Virus record (IMG/VR): IMGVR_UViG_3300042297_000488
Span: 1-29,221 of that record
DNA length: 29,221 nt
Source of the DNA: a virus
Lineage: Duplodnaviria > Caudoviricetes
Strand: one strand, 5' to 3'
Shown: one piece after another, positions 7,586 through 16,799 of the stretch
Position numbering within the stretch: the first letter of the stretch is position 1
Layout of the letters: every line of letters begins with the position of its first letter
Notes under the pieces: generated by a model
The model's database searches: none
The model's input: only the letters and a program-made list of their open reading frames with translations
What the model was told of the DNA's origin: nothing
Position numbers and translations under genes: made by a program

Positions 7586-8002
7586 ATGAGCAAATTCCCA
7601 AACCCATCTACTCAGTTTAAGCCGGGTACCTCTGGCAACCGTGGTGGTCGGCCTAAGAAACACTCTATGCAGGCTGCGCTTGGGCAATTGCTGGACGCGA
7701 ATCCTGAAATCTTGCGATCGCTGATCGACAAAGGAATTCAAGAAGCGATCAATGGCGATTTCCGTTACTGGAAAGAGATTTATGATCGGCTTGATGGCAA
7801 GGTTGCCAGCAGCATCGAAATCTCTGATAAGCCCCAAGTGGACTGGGCGGCCATAGACAATGAGTGCGACACCCCACCACGACAGGCAGTTGATCCCAAA
7901 GGGGCTAAACCGGTTCCTGCAAGCCGCAAAGCCGGATCACCAGTGGTCGCCAGAACACTTGGCGGAGTGCCGCCGGGCGCTGGACAGGGTGACGACCGGT
8001 GA
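7586..8002 (+). CDS. Putative terminase small subunit (DUF5681-like)
   Basis: TQFKPGTSGNRGGRPK motif, AINGD...KEIYDRLDGK; directly upstream of the large subunit. Confidence 0.75.
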   Translation: MSKFPNPSTQFKPGTSGNRGGRPKKHSMQAALGQLLDANPEILRSLIDKGIQEAINGDFRYWKEIYDRLDGKVASSIEISDKPQVDWAAIDNECDTPPRQAVDPKGAKPVPASRKAGSPVVARTLGGVPPGAGQGDDR

Positions 8003-9212
8003 TGTCAAACGGTTGATGCTCTTCCTGCCGCCCAGGCACGGCAAGAGCGAGCTGGCAACGATCCACTATGCTGCTTATAGATTATTGGTGGATCAAGGTT
8101 TACGAGTCATTATTGGAGCTTATAACCACTCGCTGGCATGCACCTTTAGCCGACAAACGCGACGCATCGCCAAAGAGTTTGGATTCAACTTTAGCGACGA
8201 TCAGAACAAGCAAAATCAGTGGTCGTCTGAACACGGCGGCGGGCTTTATGCGGTTGGTGTTGGATCGGGTGTCACTGGATATGGTGCCGACCTGGTCATT
8301 ATTGATGACCCAGTGAAGTCACGAGCTGAGGCCGAATCACCAACATACCGTGCCAGGGTGATGGATTGGTATCAGAACGACCTGTACACACGCCTTCACC
8401 CAGGTGCCGCAATCGTCCTGATTATGACGAGATGGCATAGCCTCGACTTAGCTGGCCAGTTGCTTGAACAGGCCAATGAAGGTGGCGAACAATGGGATGT
8501 GGTCAGTTTGCCTGCCATTGCTGAGAATGATGACCTAATTGGCCGCCAGCCTGGTGAAGCGCTTTGGCCAGAACGATATTCCGTGGAAGACTTCGACCGA
8601 ATCAAAAAAACCGTCGGTTCTTACGCCTTTTCCGCTCTCTATCAACAGACACCAACGCCACGCGATGGAGGCTTTTTCAAGCCTGAATGGTTCAAGATCG
8701 TTGATCCATCGCCGATCCCAAACAACTCCAACTCATGCCGGGCATGGGATACAGCCGCCACGGTGGGTGGTGGCGATTACACTGCCGGTGTGTGGATGAG
8801 CAGGACTGGCGACATTTACCGAATCAAGCACGTTTCACGAGGGCAATGGTCACCTGCTACCCGTCGCACAATCCAGCGCCAGATCGCTGAGACCGACGGG
8901 CGCGAAACGATCGTTCATCTTGCACAGGATCCCGGCTCCGCGGGTGTGGATCAGGTCCAGCATGACACTCGTAACCTAATCGGTTATGGAGTCATCAGCA
9001 AACGACCCACAGGCTCAAAAGAAGTGCGAGCAATGCCGATGGCCGCCGCTTTTGAATCCGGTTCCATCGAGCTGGAAAAGGGCGATTGGAACCGTGACTT
9101 CATTGACGAGCTGTGCTCATTCCCGACCGGCAAGCATGACGACCAGGTTGATGCTGCTGCCGATGCGTTCAACTATCTAAGCTCAATCCAGCCTTTCCGA
9201 TACGTCTCCTGA
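7860..9212 (+). CDS. terL: Terminase large subunit (Terminase_6 / 6C type)
   Basis: Walker A PPRHGKS, Walker B LVIIDDP, MTRWH, YQQ.P, nuclease motifs RAWDTA and FPTGKHDDQVDA. Confidence 0.95.
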   Translation: MSATPHHDRQLIPKGLNRFLQAAKPDHQWSPEHLAECRRALDRVTTGDVKRLMLFLPPRHGKSELATIHYAAYRLLVDQGLRVIIGAYNHSLACTFSRQTRRIAKEFGFNFSDDQNKQNQWSSEHGGGLYAVGVGSGVTGYGADLVIIDDPVKSRAEAESPTYRARVMDWYQNDLYTRLHPGAAIVLIMTRWHSLDLAGQLLEQANEGGEQWDVVSLPAIAENDDLIGRQPGEALWPERYSVEDFDRIKKTVGSYAFSALYQQTPTPRDGGFFKPEWFKIVDPSPIPNNSNSCRAWDTAATVGGGDYTAGVWMSRTGDIYRIKHVSRGQWSPATRRTIQRQIAETDGRETIVHLAQDPGSAGVDQVQHDTRNLIGYGVISKRPTGSKEVRAMPMAAAFESGSIELEKGDWNRDFIDELCSFPTGKHDDQVDAAADAFNYLSSIQPFRYVS

Positions 9213-9217
9213 AAACT

Positions 9218-10525
9218 ATGCCAACACTATTTGAAAACATCCGCAGCCGGTTCACGAAGTCGGTGCGTGAAGGCGTCACAGCCAACACCGCTGACATTGC
9301 CGCGACATCATGGACTGTAGACATGATGACGGGCCTATCCAACGACTACATGACCTTGGCGAGACCTTACAACCAGGTGTCTGTGGTTCAGGCCGCGATA
9401 CAGGCAATGAAGCGCAACGCCACAAAGGCGATCATGCAGGTGGGCCGATGGGATGAGGATGGAGGGTTTACGCCTGTCTATCACCCTTTGCAGTCACTCT
9501 GGCAACGGCCAAGCCCCGGCGAATCAGATGCGACCGTTTTGGAGCACCTTTATTGCAGCCTGTGCGATAACGGCAACGCATACATCCAAGTGATCACAAA
9601 CACGGCTGGCACTGCGGTGACCGAACTGATGCCGATCCCATCGCCTTGGGTCCTGCGACCAGTCATGGGCGAAAGCATCAACGAAGTCCTCGAATATCCA
9701 GTGATGGGGAGCGATTGGGGCCGGTCGTACAACTACTCTGTTCCCGCTGATTTGATGATGGCATTTCGCCAGGGGCGATCGACCTACGCTCAGAGTCGTG
9801 GCGTTTCAACGCTCGATTCTGTTGTGGCCGAAATGGCGCTGGTGAAGATCATCGGCCAGTATGAGACGACAGTTCTCAGTCGGTCTGGTGTGCCATCGCT
9901 GATCGTTTCGCTAAAAACACTGGGCAATCTCAGTGGCGCGCAATTGTCGCAGGTTCAAGCTGACCTGGCACGAGCCGTCAGTGGTAAAGCTGTGGGCCGG
10001 CCATTCGTCGGTACCAGCGAAATGGATATCAAGTCGCCGGGCTTCTCACCAAAAGATTTATCCGTGAGCGAGATGGCGGACCTTGCGACCGCTCGAATCT
10101 GTGGTGTCCTTGGATGGGCACCCATGTCGCTCAAACAGCCTGACACGGGCAAGACATACAGCAACCTGGTCGAGGCCAATAAGGCGTCATGGCGCGATGC
10201 TGTGATTCCGTTCCTCGACTTGGTGGCCGGTGAGCTGACCAGGCTGGTGCAGACTTTGCCGATCGCCTGCAACGGTATGACCTCACAGCCTGATGAATCG
10301 CTGTGTGTTCGGTTCGACACCAGCCAGATTGAGGAATTATCCGTCGATCGAAAGGCGCTGATGGACATCGCCACCGCGGGTGTGAATGCGGGCATATTCA
10401 CGGTTAACGAAGCACGTGCCACACTCGGACTTGGCGAGATGCAAGAGCCTCAAGAGGTCGAAGCTGTGGAGCCTGAAGAGCCTTCTACGGATTCTTCTGT
10501 TGATCCTGAAATGGAGGCTGAATAA
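9218..10525 (+). CDS. Portal protein (HK97-like family)
   Basis: HPLQSLWQRP, GNAY, RGVS.L, TYSN.VEA, GIFTVNEARATLGL; follows terL. Confidence 0.92.
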   Translation: MPTLFENIRSRFTKSVREGVTANTADIAATSWTVDMMTGLSNDYMTLARPYNQVSVVQAAIQAMKRNATKAIMQVGRWDEDGGFTPVYHPLQSLWQRPSPGESDATVLEHLYCSLCDNGNAYIQVITNTAGTAVTELMPIPSPWVLRPVMGESINEVLEYPVMGSDWGRSYNYSVPADLMMAFRQGRSTYAQSRGVSTLDSVVAEMALVKIIGQYETTVLSRSGVPSLIVSLKTLGNLSGAQLSQVQADLARAVSGKAVGRPFVGTSEMDIKSPGFSPKDLSVSEMADLATARICGVLGWAPMSLKQPDTGKTYSNLVEANKASWRDAVIPFLDLVAGELTRLVQTLPIACNGMTSQPDESLCVRFDTSQIEELSVDRKALMDIATAGVNAGIFTVNEARATLGLGEMQEPQEVEAVEPEEPSTDSSVDPEMEAE

Positions 10526-10867
10526 ATGGCCGGATCATACAACCTAGAAATCGAAGCGGGCGCTTCATTCAACCGAACGCTCACTTGGACCTCCAACGGC
10601 ACCGCTGTGAACTTGACCGGCAGCAGTGCCAGAATGATGGCTCGCACATCTTACAGCGACTCCAACACGACACTGAGCCTGACCACACCGTCAGCATGTC
10701 TTTCGATCAGCAACGCGACCGGCGGAGTGATCTCCATCGCTTTGGATGCTGCCACGACTGCCAACCTGGTTGATGGTGTTTACGATCTCGAAATCGTGAC
10801 CGGAAGTGTCGTGCAAAGACTGATATCAGGGACTTTGACTGTATCACCGGAGGTGACACGTGGCTGA
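10526..10867 (+). CDS. Small beta-sandwich virion protein (fibre-attachment / BppU- or LtfC-like domain)
   Basis: YNLEIEAGASF...AVNLTGSSARM...GVYDLEI...RLISGTLTVSPEVTR, a pattern common just upstream of phage fibre genes. Confidence 0.65.
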   Translation: MAGSYNLEIEAGASFNRTLTWTSNGTAVNLTGSSARMMARTSYSDSNTTLSLTTPSACLSISNATGGVISIALDAATTANLVDGVYDLEIVTGSVVQRLISGTLTVSPEVTRG

Positions 10868-12680
10868 TACAGTTATAATCACAGGCGAAAAGACAATCAC
10901 GGTTGTTACGGTGGGCGTTCAAGGCCCAGCCGGGATCAGCGGATCATCTATTCCCGCCACAAACGCCACGCTCGGCGGGATTATCGTTGGAGCAAATCTG
11001 TCGATCACTGGCAACGGAGTGCTGTCGGTAGCCAATACGTTTCAGCCAAAACTTGCGAACACGACATATGGCTTGACTGACACAGGCATACCTTACATCC
11101 CCGGATACACGGATTACTATATCAGAGGCGAGTATGTTACTGACGGTCTGAAGAGATATTATATTGGCTTGCGAGGGGAGAAGGAAACAGGTACGGGGAC
11201 TTACTACGACCCTGACAATTATGCAATCGGAAGCTACCTTTACAACTCGAACGGAACATTGCAGTCTGCTACCAGCGTTGAAACTGATGGGCTTAACCTT
11301 TCTTTAGTGTCGTCAAACACCCAAGGGTTTTCTACAGTAGTATCGGCACCAGGCTTTGCCTCCATAATAGCAAGTAACGCAACATCCCAAAGCATTATTA
11401 GTTTGGGTGACGGAGTTATCTCTGGTAATGCCCAGGGTGGATATTTTCGGCTCCGAGGCAACCTTGGTGGCACAGGGGATAACAGCCAAGATTATCAGCT
11501 TGTATTCGGGCCTAACTCTGGATTTGACAGAGGTATCAGTTTTCAGCAGGTTGCTTTAAAGTCTACAATTGGATTCCAATATGCTTATACGGTTTCCAGT
11601 ATTAGTTACAACATGACCAATGGATTGGTCTTTGATAACACGACAGGTTTAGGCGGGTTTACAGGAAACCCGGGTAGTTACACTTCTTTCCAACACACAA
11701 CTGACGCTGTTATTTCAGGCGTAAGAACTGGTACAGAGATCAGGGCATCACGAAATAAAGCCGAACTGTTTTACCTCAATATTTCGCCTGTCTACACATC
11801 CAACTCGATTCTAACCCAAGGCTATGCTGACACTCGTTATCAGGCTGTCGGGTCTTATCTCACATCCGCAAACCTGACCTTTGCCAACCTCACAGGCACG
11901 CCCACAACGCTCGCTGGTTATGGCATCACAGATGGACTCACATCCGCAAACCTGACGCCTTACCTGACAATATCCAGTGCCAACGCCACCTATTCTGTCT
12001 TAGGCCACACGCACAGCATCGCGAACGTCGCAGGCTTGCAAACGGCACTGGATGCCAAATTACCATCAGCAAATTTCACATACGCCAATATCACAGGTGC
12101 GCCAAACCTGACGGTCTATCTGACCACAGCTAACGCATCCACGACTTATCAGCCTCTGGGCAACTATGCCACGACATCCTGCCTGACGTTTGCGAACATC
12201 ACAGGCAAGCCAACAACGCTATCAGGCTATGGCATCACAGACGGGTACAGCACAAGCAACCCATCCGGTTACATCACCGCTGGCTCAAACAGCTTTACGG
12301 GCAGTCAAAACCTCCAAGACAACGAGCTGATCCGTGCCAAGATTCGGGATTATAGCGAAACTGTCTCCAGCCCAACGATTTCATCCGGCACTCTAGTATT
12401 AAACCTTGAAACCTCCAATATCTTCACGGTCAGTTTAAACGCTGCCATCACCACCCTGACGATATCCAACCCTCCTGCAAGCGGCTCCGGCGGCTCATTT
12501 ACCCTGATCTTCACCGCAGATGGTACAGCTCGGGCAGTCACTTGGCCTGCGGCAATTAAATGGGCCGGCGGAACTGCTCCAACGATCACATCGACATCCG
12601 GTAAGGTGGATAGTTTTGCGTTCTTCACCAGCAACGGTGGCACAAACTGGATTGGCTTTGTTGGGGGGCAGAATTTCTAA
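10860..12680 (+). CDS. Fibre protein (606 aa) with internal repeats
   Basis: ATNATLGGIIVGANLSI motif, two PTTL(A/S)GYGITDG repeats, HTHSIANV.GLQTALDAK, and a C-terminal VTWPAAIKWAGGTAPT domain, all typical of phage fibres. Confidence 0.8.
   Translation: MADTVIITGEKTITVVTVGVQGPAGISGSSIPATNATLGGIIVGANLSITGNGVLSVANTFQPKLANTTYGLTDTGIPYIPGYTDYYIRGEYVTDGLKRYYIGLRGEKETGTGTYYDPDNYAIGSYLYNSNGTLQSATSVETDGLNLSLVSSNTQGFSTVVSAPGFASIIASNATSQSIISLGDGVISGNAQGGYFRLRGNLGGTGDNSQDYQLVFGPNSGFDRGISFQQVALKSTIGFQYAYTVSSISYNMTNGLVFDNTTGLGGFTGNPGSYTSFQHTTDAVISGVRTGTEIRASRNKAELFYLNISPVYTSNSILTQGYADTRYQAVGSYLTSANLTFANLTGTPTTLAGYGITDGLTSANLTPYLTISSANATYSVLGHTHSIANVAGLQTALDAKLPSANFTYANITGAPNLTVYLTTANASTTYQPLGNYATTSCLTFANITGKPTTLSGYGITDGYSTSNPSGYITAGSNSFTGSQNLQDNELIRAKIRDYSETVSSPTISSGTLVLNLETSNIFTVSLNAAITTLTISNPPASGSGGSFTLIFTADGTARAVTWPAAIKWAGGTAPTITSTSGKVDSFAFFTSNGGTNWIGFVGGQNF
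11859..12245 (+). repeat. Intragenic repeats in the fibre gene
   Basis: Exact 20-bp CTCACATCCGCAAACCTGAC at 11859 and 11937; LTFANLTGTPTTLAGYGITDG and LTFANITGKPTTLSGYGITDG; further NFTYANITG variant. Confidence 0.8.
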
Positions 12681-14299
12681 TGCTATCTGACATTATCAGG
12701 AACGCAAAAAAGACTGGTATCGGTGGTGGAGGTGGAGGGATTGTGGGCAGCATAAGCCTCGATTATCTGATTGTCGCAGGTGGAGGATCTGGGGGATCAG
12801 GATCAACTTTTAACGCTGCTGGTGGCGGTGGTGGTGCTGGTGGCGTGCGACAAGGCACTATAGGCGTAAATGTAGGCGACACTTACGCATTGACAGTTGG
12901 TAATGGTGGTGCAACCGCTGCACCGTTTGCCTTGGGAAACAATGGCACAAATTCGGTTTTTAATACGCTTGTGGCAATCGGTGGTGGCGCTGGAGCAAGC
13001 CATACAGTACAAGCGCAGTCGCCAAATAATATTGCTGGATCAGCGGGTGGATCAGGTGGTGGTGGATCGGGATCAACTGCACTGGGTGGCACTGGAGGTG
13101 CTGGTGGTGCTGGAACTGCTGGTCAAGGCAATAATGGCAGTGCTGGAGCTATCAATCAGCCTCTAAGCGGTGGTGGAGGTGGTGGTGCTGCTACTGCTGG
13201 GGTCGCTGCTGCTACTGGCAGTGGGGCGAGGGCTGGATCGGGTGGCGCTGGCATTTCGTCGAATATTACCGGAAACCTAACTTATTATGGTGGTGGTGGT
13301 GGTGGTGGAATTTATAGCTATAATGGAGTCCCTTATATCGGTGCTTTGCCTGGCTTTGGTGGTATCGGAGGTGGTGGCAACGGTTCAGGGAATATTGCAA
13401 CTGCTGGTGCTAACGGGACAGCAAATACAGGTGGAGGAGGTGGTGGTGGCACTACTAATGATCCTTCTCCAAGAACTCCCGGCGGGACTAATGGTGGTGC
13501 TGGTGGATCTGGAATTGTAGTTCTTCGGTGTTCGAGTGCTTACGAAATAGCGGAGACATCCGGTTTAAATTATTCTTCTTCCTTGTCCGGCGGCAATCGA
13601 ACGTACTCGTTTTATAGCGGCACAGGAAACGTGACCTTCCAGTCGGCAACCGCAGATCCATATTTCAGCAACGTCTCTCTGCTCCTGCACATGGATGGGG
13701 TAAATGGAAGCACGACATTTACAGATAACTCGTCAAATGCATTGGCAGTTACTCGCACAGGCACTCCGGCTATTTCCACTGCTCAAAGCGTGTTTGGTGG
13801 GGCAAGTGCAAGTTTTGATGGTACAGGCCAATTCCTATCCCCAAGTAGTTCAACCGGAATGCTATTTTCAAATGGTGATTTTACGGTTGAATTTTGGTTT
13901 TACGCGAACTCGCTTTCGGCATCGGCATACTCGGCGATTATGGGATTCCATAATGGAGGCACTACCGATTGGGGGGTTTTCGCAAGAAGCAATGGTGTAT
14001 GGATTTATGGTGGAGGAGCTGGATTAATTGGAGGGGGTACTGTTGCTACTGGAGTCTGGAATCATTTTGCAGCAACTCGCAACGGAACTACCGTCAGAAC
14101 ATATTTGAATGGCACTCAGGTTGGGTCGGCTACAAATGTAACCGGAGATTATACGAATAACGCCGGAAACACCTTTCGCGTGGGAGACGACCACACATCC
14201 GTTAATCCGTCATTTAGTGGCCTGCTAGACGATATCCGCATCACCAAAGCTGTCGCCCGTACAATTACACTACCAGCATCGGCTTACCCCAACGCATAA
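12680..14299 (+). CDS. Glycine-rich domain plus LamG/concanavalin A-like lectin domain protein (putative receptor-binding)
   Basis: DYLIVAGGGSGG...GANGTANTGGGGGG...GGSGIVVLR glycine-rich domain; DPYFSNVSLLLHMDG...DFTVEFW...WNHFA...LDDIRITK LamG domain. Confidence 0.85.
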   Translation: MLSDIIRNAKKTGIGGGGGGIVGSISLDYLIVAGGGSGGSGSTFNAAGGGGGAGGVRQGTIGVNVGDTYALTVGNGGATAAPFALGNNGTNSVFNTLVAIGGGAGASHTVQAQSPNNIAGSAGGSGGGGSGSTALGGTGGAGGAGTAGQGNNGSAGAINQPLSGGGGGGAATAGVAAATGSGARAGSGGAGISSNITGNLTYYGGGGGGGIYSYNGVPYIGALPGFGGIGGGGNGSGNIATAGANGTANTGGGGGGGTTNDPSPRTPGGTNGGAGGSGIVVLRCSSAYEIAETSGLNYSSSLSGGNRTYSFYSGTGNVTFQSATADPYFSNVSLLLHMDGVNGSTTFTDNSSNALAVTRTGTPAISTAQSVFGGASASFDGTGQFLSPSSSTGMLFSNGDFTVEFWFYANSLSASAYSAIMGFHNGGTTDWGVFARSNGVWIYGGGAGLIGGGTVATGVWNHFAATRNGTTVRTYLNGTQVGSATNVTGDYTNNAGNTFRVGDDHTSVNPSFSGLLDDIRITKAVARTITLPASAYPNA

Positions 14300-14308
14300 G
14301 GAGCAAAC

Positions 14309-14875
14309 ATGCAATACTGCCAAGTCAGTCCCAACGGTCAAATCTCAGGCCCACAGTGGCTACCACAGTCTTTCACGACTGTATCCAATTTCAACGCCCT
14401 CGACGATGCGAGTTTAGCCACATACGGCTATTACCCATATCTACCATCGCCCATACCAGCGTACAACCCTGCAACACAACGACTTGATCAGCATTACTCA
14501 GTCAACGGATTTACCGTGACCGACATATATATAGTCGTTGATCTGACGGCAGAAGAGCAGCAGGCTTATATCATCCAAAGGCTCACCGAGATCGGCAGCG
14601 GTATCGGCTCATTTCTTGATCAAGCGGTGTCCGTAAAGCAATACGATAGCATCCTCTCGGCGACAAGCTGGACACTGAGCAACATCACGACCTACAAGTC
14701 TGAAGGTGATGCCGCAATTGCTTATCGCGACTCAATCTGGAGCTTGTTTTACAACATGGTTCAGGCTGTTCAGGCGGGTACTCAGGCACTTCCAACCGTG
14801 GGCGAGTTCTTCGCATCCCTGCCACCGCTCTGGCCTATCAACAACGGCAACGGAACAGCCAACGGGCCAATCTGA
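14309..14875 (+). CDS. Putative fibre-associated or assembly protein
   Basis: AAGGAG RBS; LATYGYYP...PAYNPATQRL and FLDQAV...YDSILSA...YRDSIW...LPPLWP patterns usual downstream of fibre genes. Confidence 0.65.
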   Translation: MQYCQVSPNGQISGPQWLPQSFTTVSNFNALDDASLATYGYYPYLPSPIPAYNPATQRLDQHYSVNGFTVTDIYIVVDLTAEEQQAYIIQRLTEIGSGIGSFLDQAVSVKQYDSILSATSWTLSNITTYKSEGDAAIAYRDSIWSLFYNMVQAVQAGTQALPTVGEFFASLPPLWPINNGNGTANGPI

Positions 14876-15084
14876 TGACTTTCAGTGCTGCCGCAAAGAA
14901 CTTTGTCGTGTTGATCACAGTTGCAATCGTGCTGCTGATTGTTGATCTGATCAAGTGGCAAAGCGGCGGCACAACCTGGAGCGAGGCGATCTGGGAAGTC
15001 AATCAGCACAGTCTCAGTTTTGCTCTCGGAGTGGGAATCGTTCTAGGACATTGCTTCACCGTTCCAAGAGGGCTATCCAAATGA
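14875..15084 (+). CDS. Small membrane protein with two hydrophobic segments (holin-like candidate)
   Basis: FVVLITVAIVLLIVDLI and LSFALGVGIVLGHCF; TGATG-coupled. Confidence 0.65.
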   Translation: MTFSAAAKNFVVLITVAIVLLIVDLIKWQSGGTTWSEAIWEVNQHSLSFALGVGIVLGHCFTVPRGLSK

Positions 15085-15326
15085 CCGGAAAAGAACTGCT
15101 GGACTGGTTCATGAGAAGACAAAAGCCAAGCCTTGAAGAAATGGCAAAACGACTGGCACGGCAAAAGGCAATTGAACGGTATGCAGTAGACAGCAGAAAG
15201 CATGCCCAGTTGGTCACCCAGCTCGTCAATGTCCCTCGACCAGTGTTCCAAAACTATCTCGACGATCCGAACTACGTCTGGAATCCCAGCGTTATCCCAG
15301 TGCCACCCAAACCAAGGCCAATCTAA
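15081..15326 (+). CDS. Hypothetical protein (81 aa)
   Basis: ATG 15081 overlaps the upstream stop (ATGA); GAGGG RBS. Confidence 0.65.
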   Translation: MTGKELLDWFMRRQKPSLEEMAKRLARQKAIERYAVDSRKHAQLVTQLVNVPRPVFQNYLDDPNYVWNPSVIPVPPKPRPI

Positions 15327-15337
15327 AGGACTCAAAC

Positions 15338-15556
15338 GTGAACGACTGGATTGGACAAATCAACGCCCAGCAAGCCCGCGTAATAATCATTCGCATGGCT
15401 CTTGCAGGCGCTGTGACGGCACTTGGCGTTCTGAGCCAACACCTTGACTCAATTATTGCAACCACCAGTCCCTTAGGGATGGCTTTGGCGTTTGGGATTG
15501 CCCAAGCGATCTACTACCTGAACTCTGGCCAAACGCCACCAGCACCAAAGGGCTGA
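15338..15556 (+). CDS. Small membrane protein (holin-like candidate)
   Basis: AAGGA RBS; two hydrophobic stretches IIIRMALAGAVTALGVL and LGMALAFGIAQAIYYL. Confidence 0.65.
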   Translation: MNDWIGQINAQQARVIIIRMALAGAVTALGVLSQHLDSIIATTSPLGMALAFGIAQAIYYLNSGQTPPAPKG

Positions 15557-15560
15557 TGAC

Positions 15561-15746
15561 ATGCGGATCGAAGAAGTTATCAACCCTGACTATGGATGGA
15601 TCGTGCCAGTAGCCCAAATCGTCACAGATAAAGCGGTTCAAGGCAGTTCTGTCGATCCGTCAATCCCTCAGACTATGTACGCATTGGCGGCAATCATCTA
15701 CGCAATCGCAGCCTATCGCAGGTCTCTGAGAGACCCGAAGAAGTAG
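15561..15746 (+). CDS. Small protein with C-terminal hydrophobic helix and basic tail
   Basis: MYALAAIIYAIAAY followed by RRSLRDPKK. Confidence 0.55.
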   Translation: MRIEEVINPDYGWIVPVAQIVTDKAVQGSSVDPSIPQTMYALAAIIYAIAAYRRSLRDPKK

Positions 15747-15762
15747 CAGTCTCCCGCCGCCT

Positions 15763-15859
15763 ACCGTCTCACCGTCGAGAGGACAGGCGAGACGGTTACC
15801 ATTTTCCTGATGTCGGGAAAATGGTTGACAAATGTTCCCGAAATCTGTTTCGGGAACAT
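15763..15859. repeat. Three adjacent inverted repeats (terminator, operator or processing sites)
   Basis: ACCGTCTC...GAGACGGT (15763-15796); ACCATTTTCCTGA-TG-TCGGGAAAATGGT (15798-15825); ATGTTCCCGAAA-TCTG-TTTCGGGAACAT (15832-15859); TTGACA at 15825-15830. Confidence 0.85.
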
Positions 15860-15889
15860 ACCCTAAACCCAAGAGAGGTAAGGTGATCC

Positions 15890-16123
15890 TTGTTCGCAGA
15901 GTTCATGATCTATACAGCTCAATCCTGCCAGTCTGGCCAGTGTCCAAAGCAGACAGTGACCACAACGACCACCACAGTCGAGCAAAAAGAGGTCAAGGTT
16001 CAATTCCTGCCTCCCCGACCAATCAACGGCAAGCCACGACCACCAAGATTCCTCTTGGCCAAACCTCGCGGCTTATTCAGCCCCAAAGCAATTTACATTT
16101 ATGAAGTGGAAGCCAGCAAATGA
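15890..16123 (+). CDS. Hypothetical small protein (CQSGQC motif, Thr run, Pro/Arg-rich)
   Basis: GAGGT/AAGGT RBS before TTG; the stop overlaps the next ATG. Confidence 0.6.
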   Translation: MFAEFMIYTAQSCQSGQCPKQTVTTTTTTVEQKEVKVQFLPPRPINGKPRPPRFLLAKPRGLFSPKAIYIYEVEASK

Positions 16124-16308
16124 TCAGTAAGATCATCATCCGCCTGTTAACTCCAATAATCGTGGAAGTGATCCGCGAATTGCTTTCCAAGCTGGCCAAC
16201 GGTGAGCTGGTGAGCATCGACGAGACCAGTGTGAAATCGGCGATGAATCAGCGTGAAGAGTCGATTCAGTCGCAGCTTAAATCTGTTCAATGGGAGGTCG
16301 GCCTGTGA
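16120..16308 (+). CDS. Hypothetical small protein with amphipathic/hydrophobic N-terminus
   Basis: MISKIIIRLLTPIIVEVIRELL; coupled at both ends. Confidence 0.6.
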   Translation: MISKIIIRLLTPIIVEVIRELLSKLANGELVSIDETSVKSAMNQREESIQSQLKSVQWEVGL

Positions 16309-16799
16309 TCGGACTTCTGATCGCAGTTCTACTGGCTCAACAGCCTGTTCCCTCGACTCTGGTCCCCCCAGCAGTCGAGGAACGGGTGGTGTTTAGCCAT
16401 GCTGGATTTACCTACTTTGTGGGCAAGTCCAGTGGAAGTGTCATCGCCATCGAACAGGGTGGTGTTCGACCTGTCCCGCCACCAGTTCCTGATGAGGATG
16501 AAAAGCCTCAACCAGTCAGTGGAATCAAGTGGTTTTCGGTTGTTGTGGATGAATCCAAACCGGAGCAGCAAGCATGGCGTACAGATCCAGAGATCCGCAA
16601 GTTGCTAGAATCGCGTGGGATTCAGTACAGATCGTACACCGCCGAGGAGACGGACATCGACCGACTAGGGTTTCAGCAAACCGTTGGTCAGATCGGTTTA
16701 CCGACCGTCATACTTCAGGATCAAAACGGCAAGATCGTCAAATCTACGAGTCCTCAGACCAAGGCTGACATTATCAAGCTGGTGGAGGTGATCAAGTGA
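16305..16799 (+). CDS. Putative exported protein with Pro linker and thioredoxin-like C-terminal domain lacking CxxC
   Basis: GTG 16305 after GGAGG; hydrophobic MIGLLIAVLLAQ; RPVPPPVPD linker; GLPTVILQDQNGKIV hairpin. Confidence 0.6.
   Translation: MIGLLIAVLLAQQPVPSTLVPPAVEERVVFSHAGFTYFVGKSSGSVIAIEQGGVRPVPPPVPDEDEKPQPVSGIKWFSVVVDESKPEQQAWRTDPEIRKLLESRGIQYRSYTAEETDIDRLGFQQTVGQIGLPTVILQDQNGKIVKSTSPQTKADIIKLVEVIK

Noticed and set aside
13288-13309. (GGT)n run as a phase-variation tract
   Set aside because: It is an in-frame triplet repeat encoding poly-Gly in a glycine-rich domain; slippage would not switch expression.
10860-14299. Diversity-generating retroelement or invertible fibre cassette
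   Set aside because: No reverse transcriptase or invertase is present, and I saw no adenine-variant template/variable repeat pair or inverted crossover sites; the repeats are ordinary fibre repeats.
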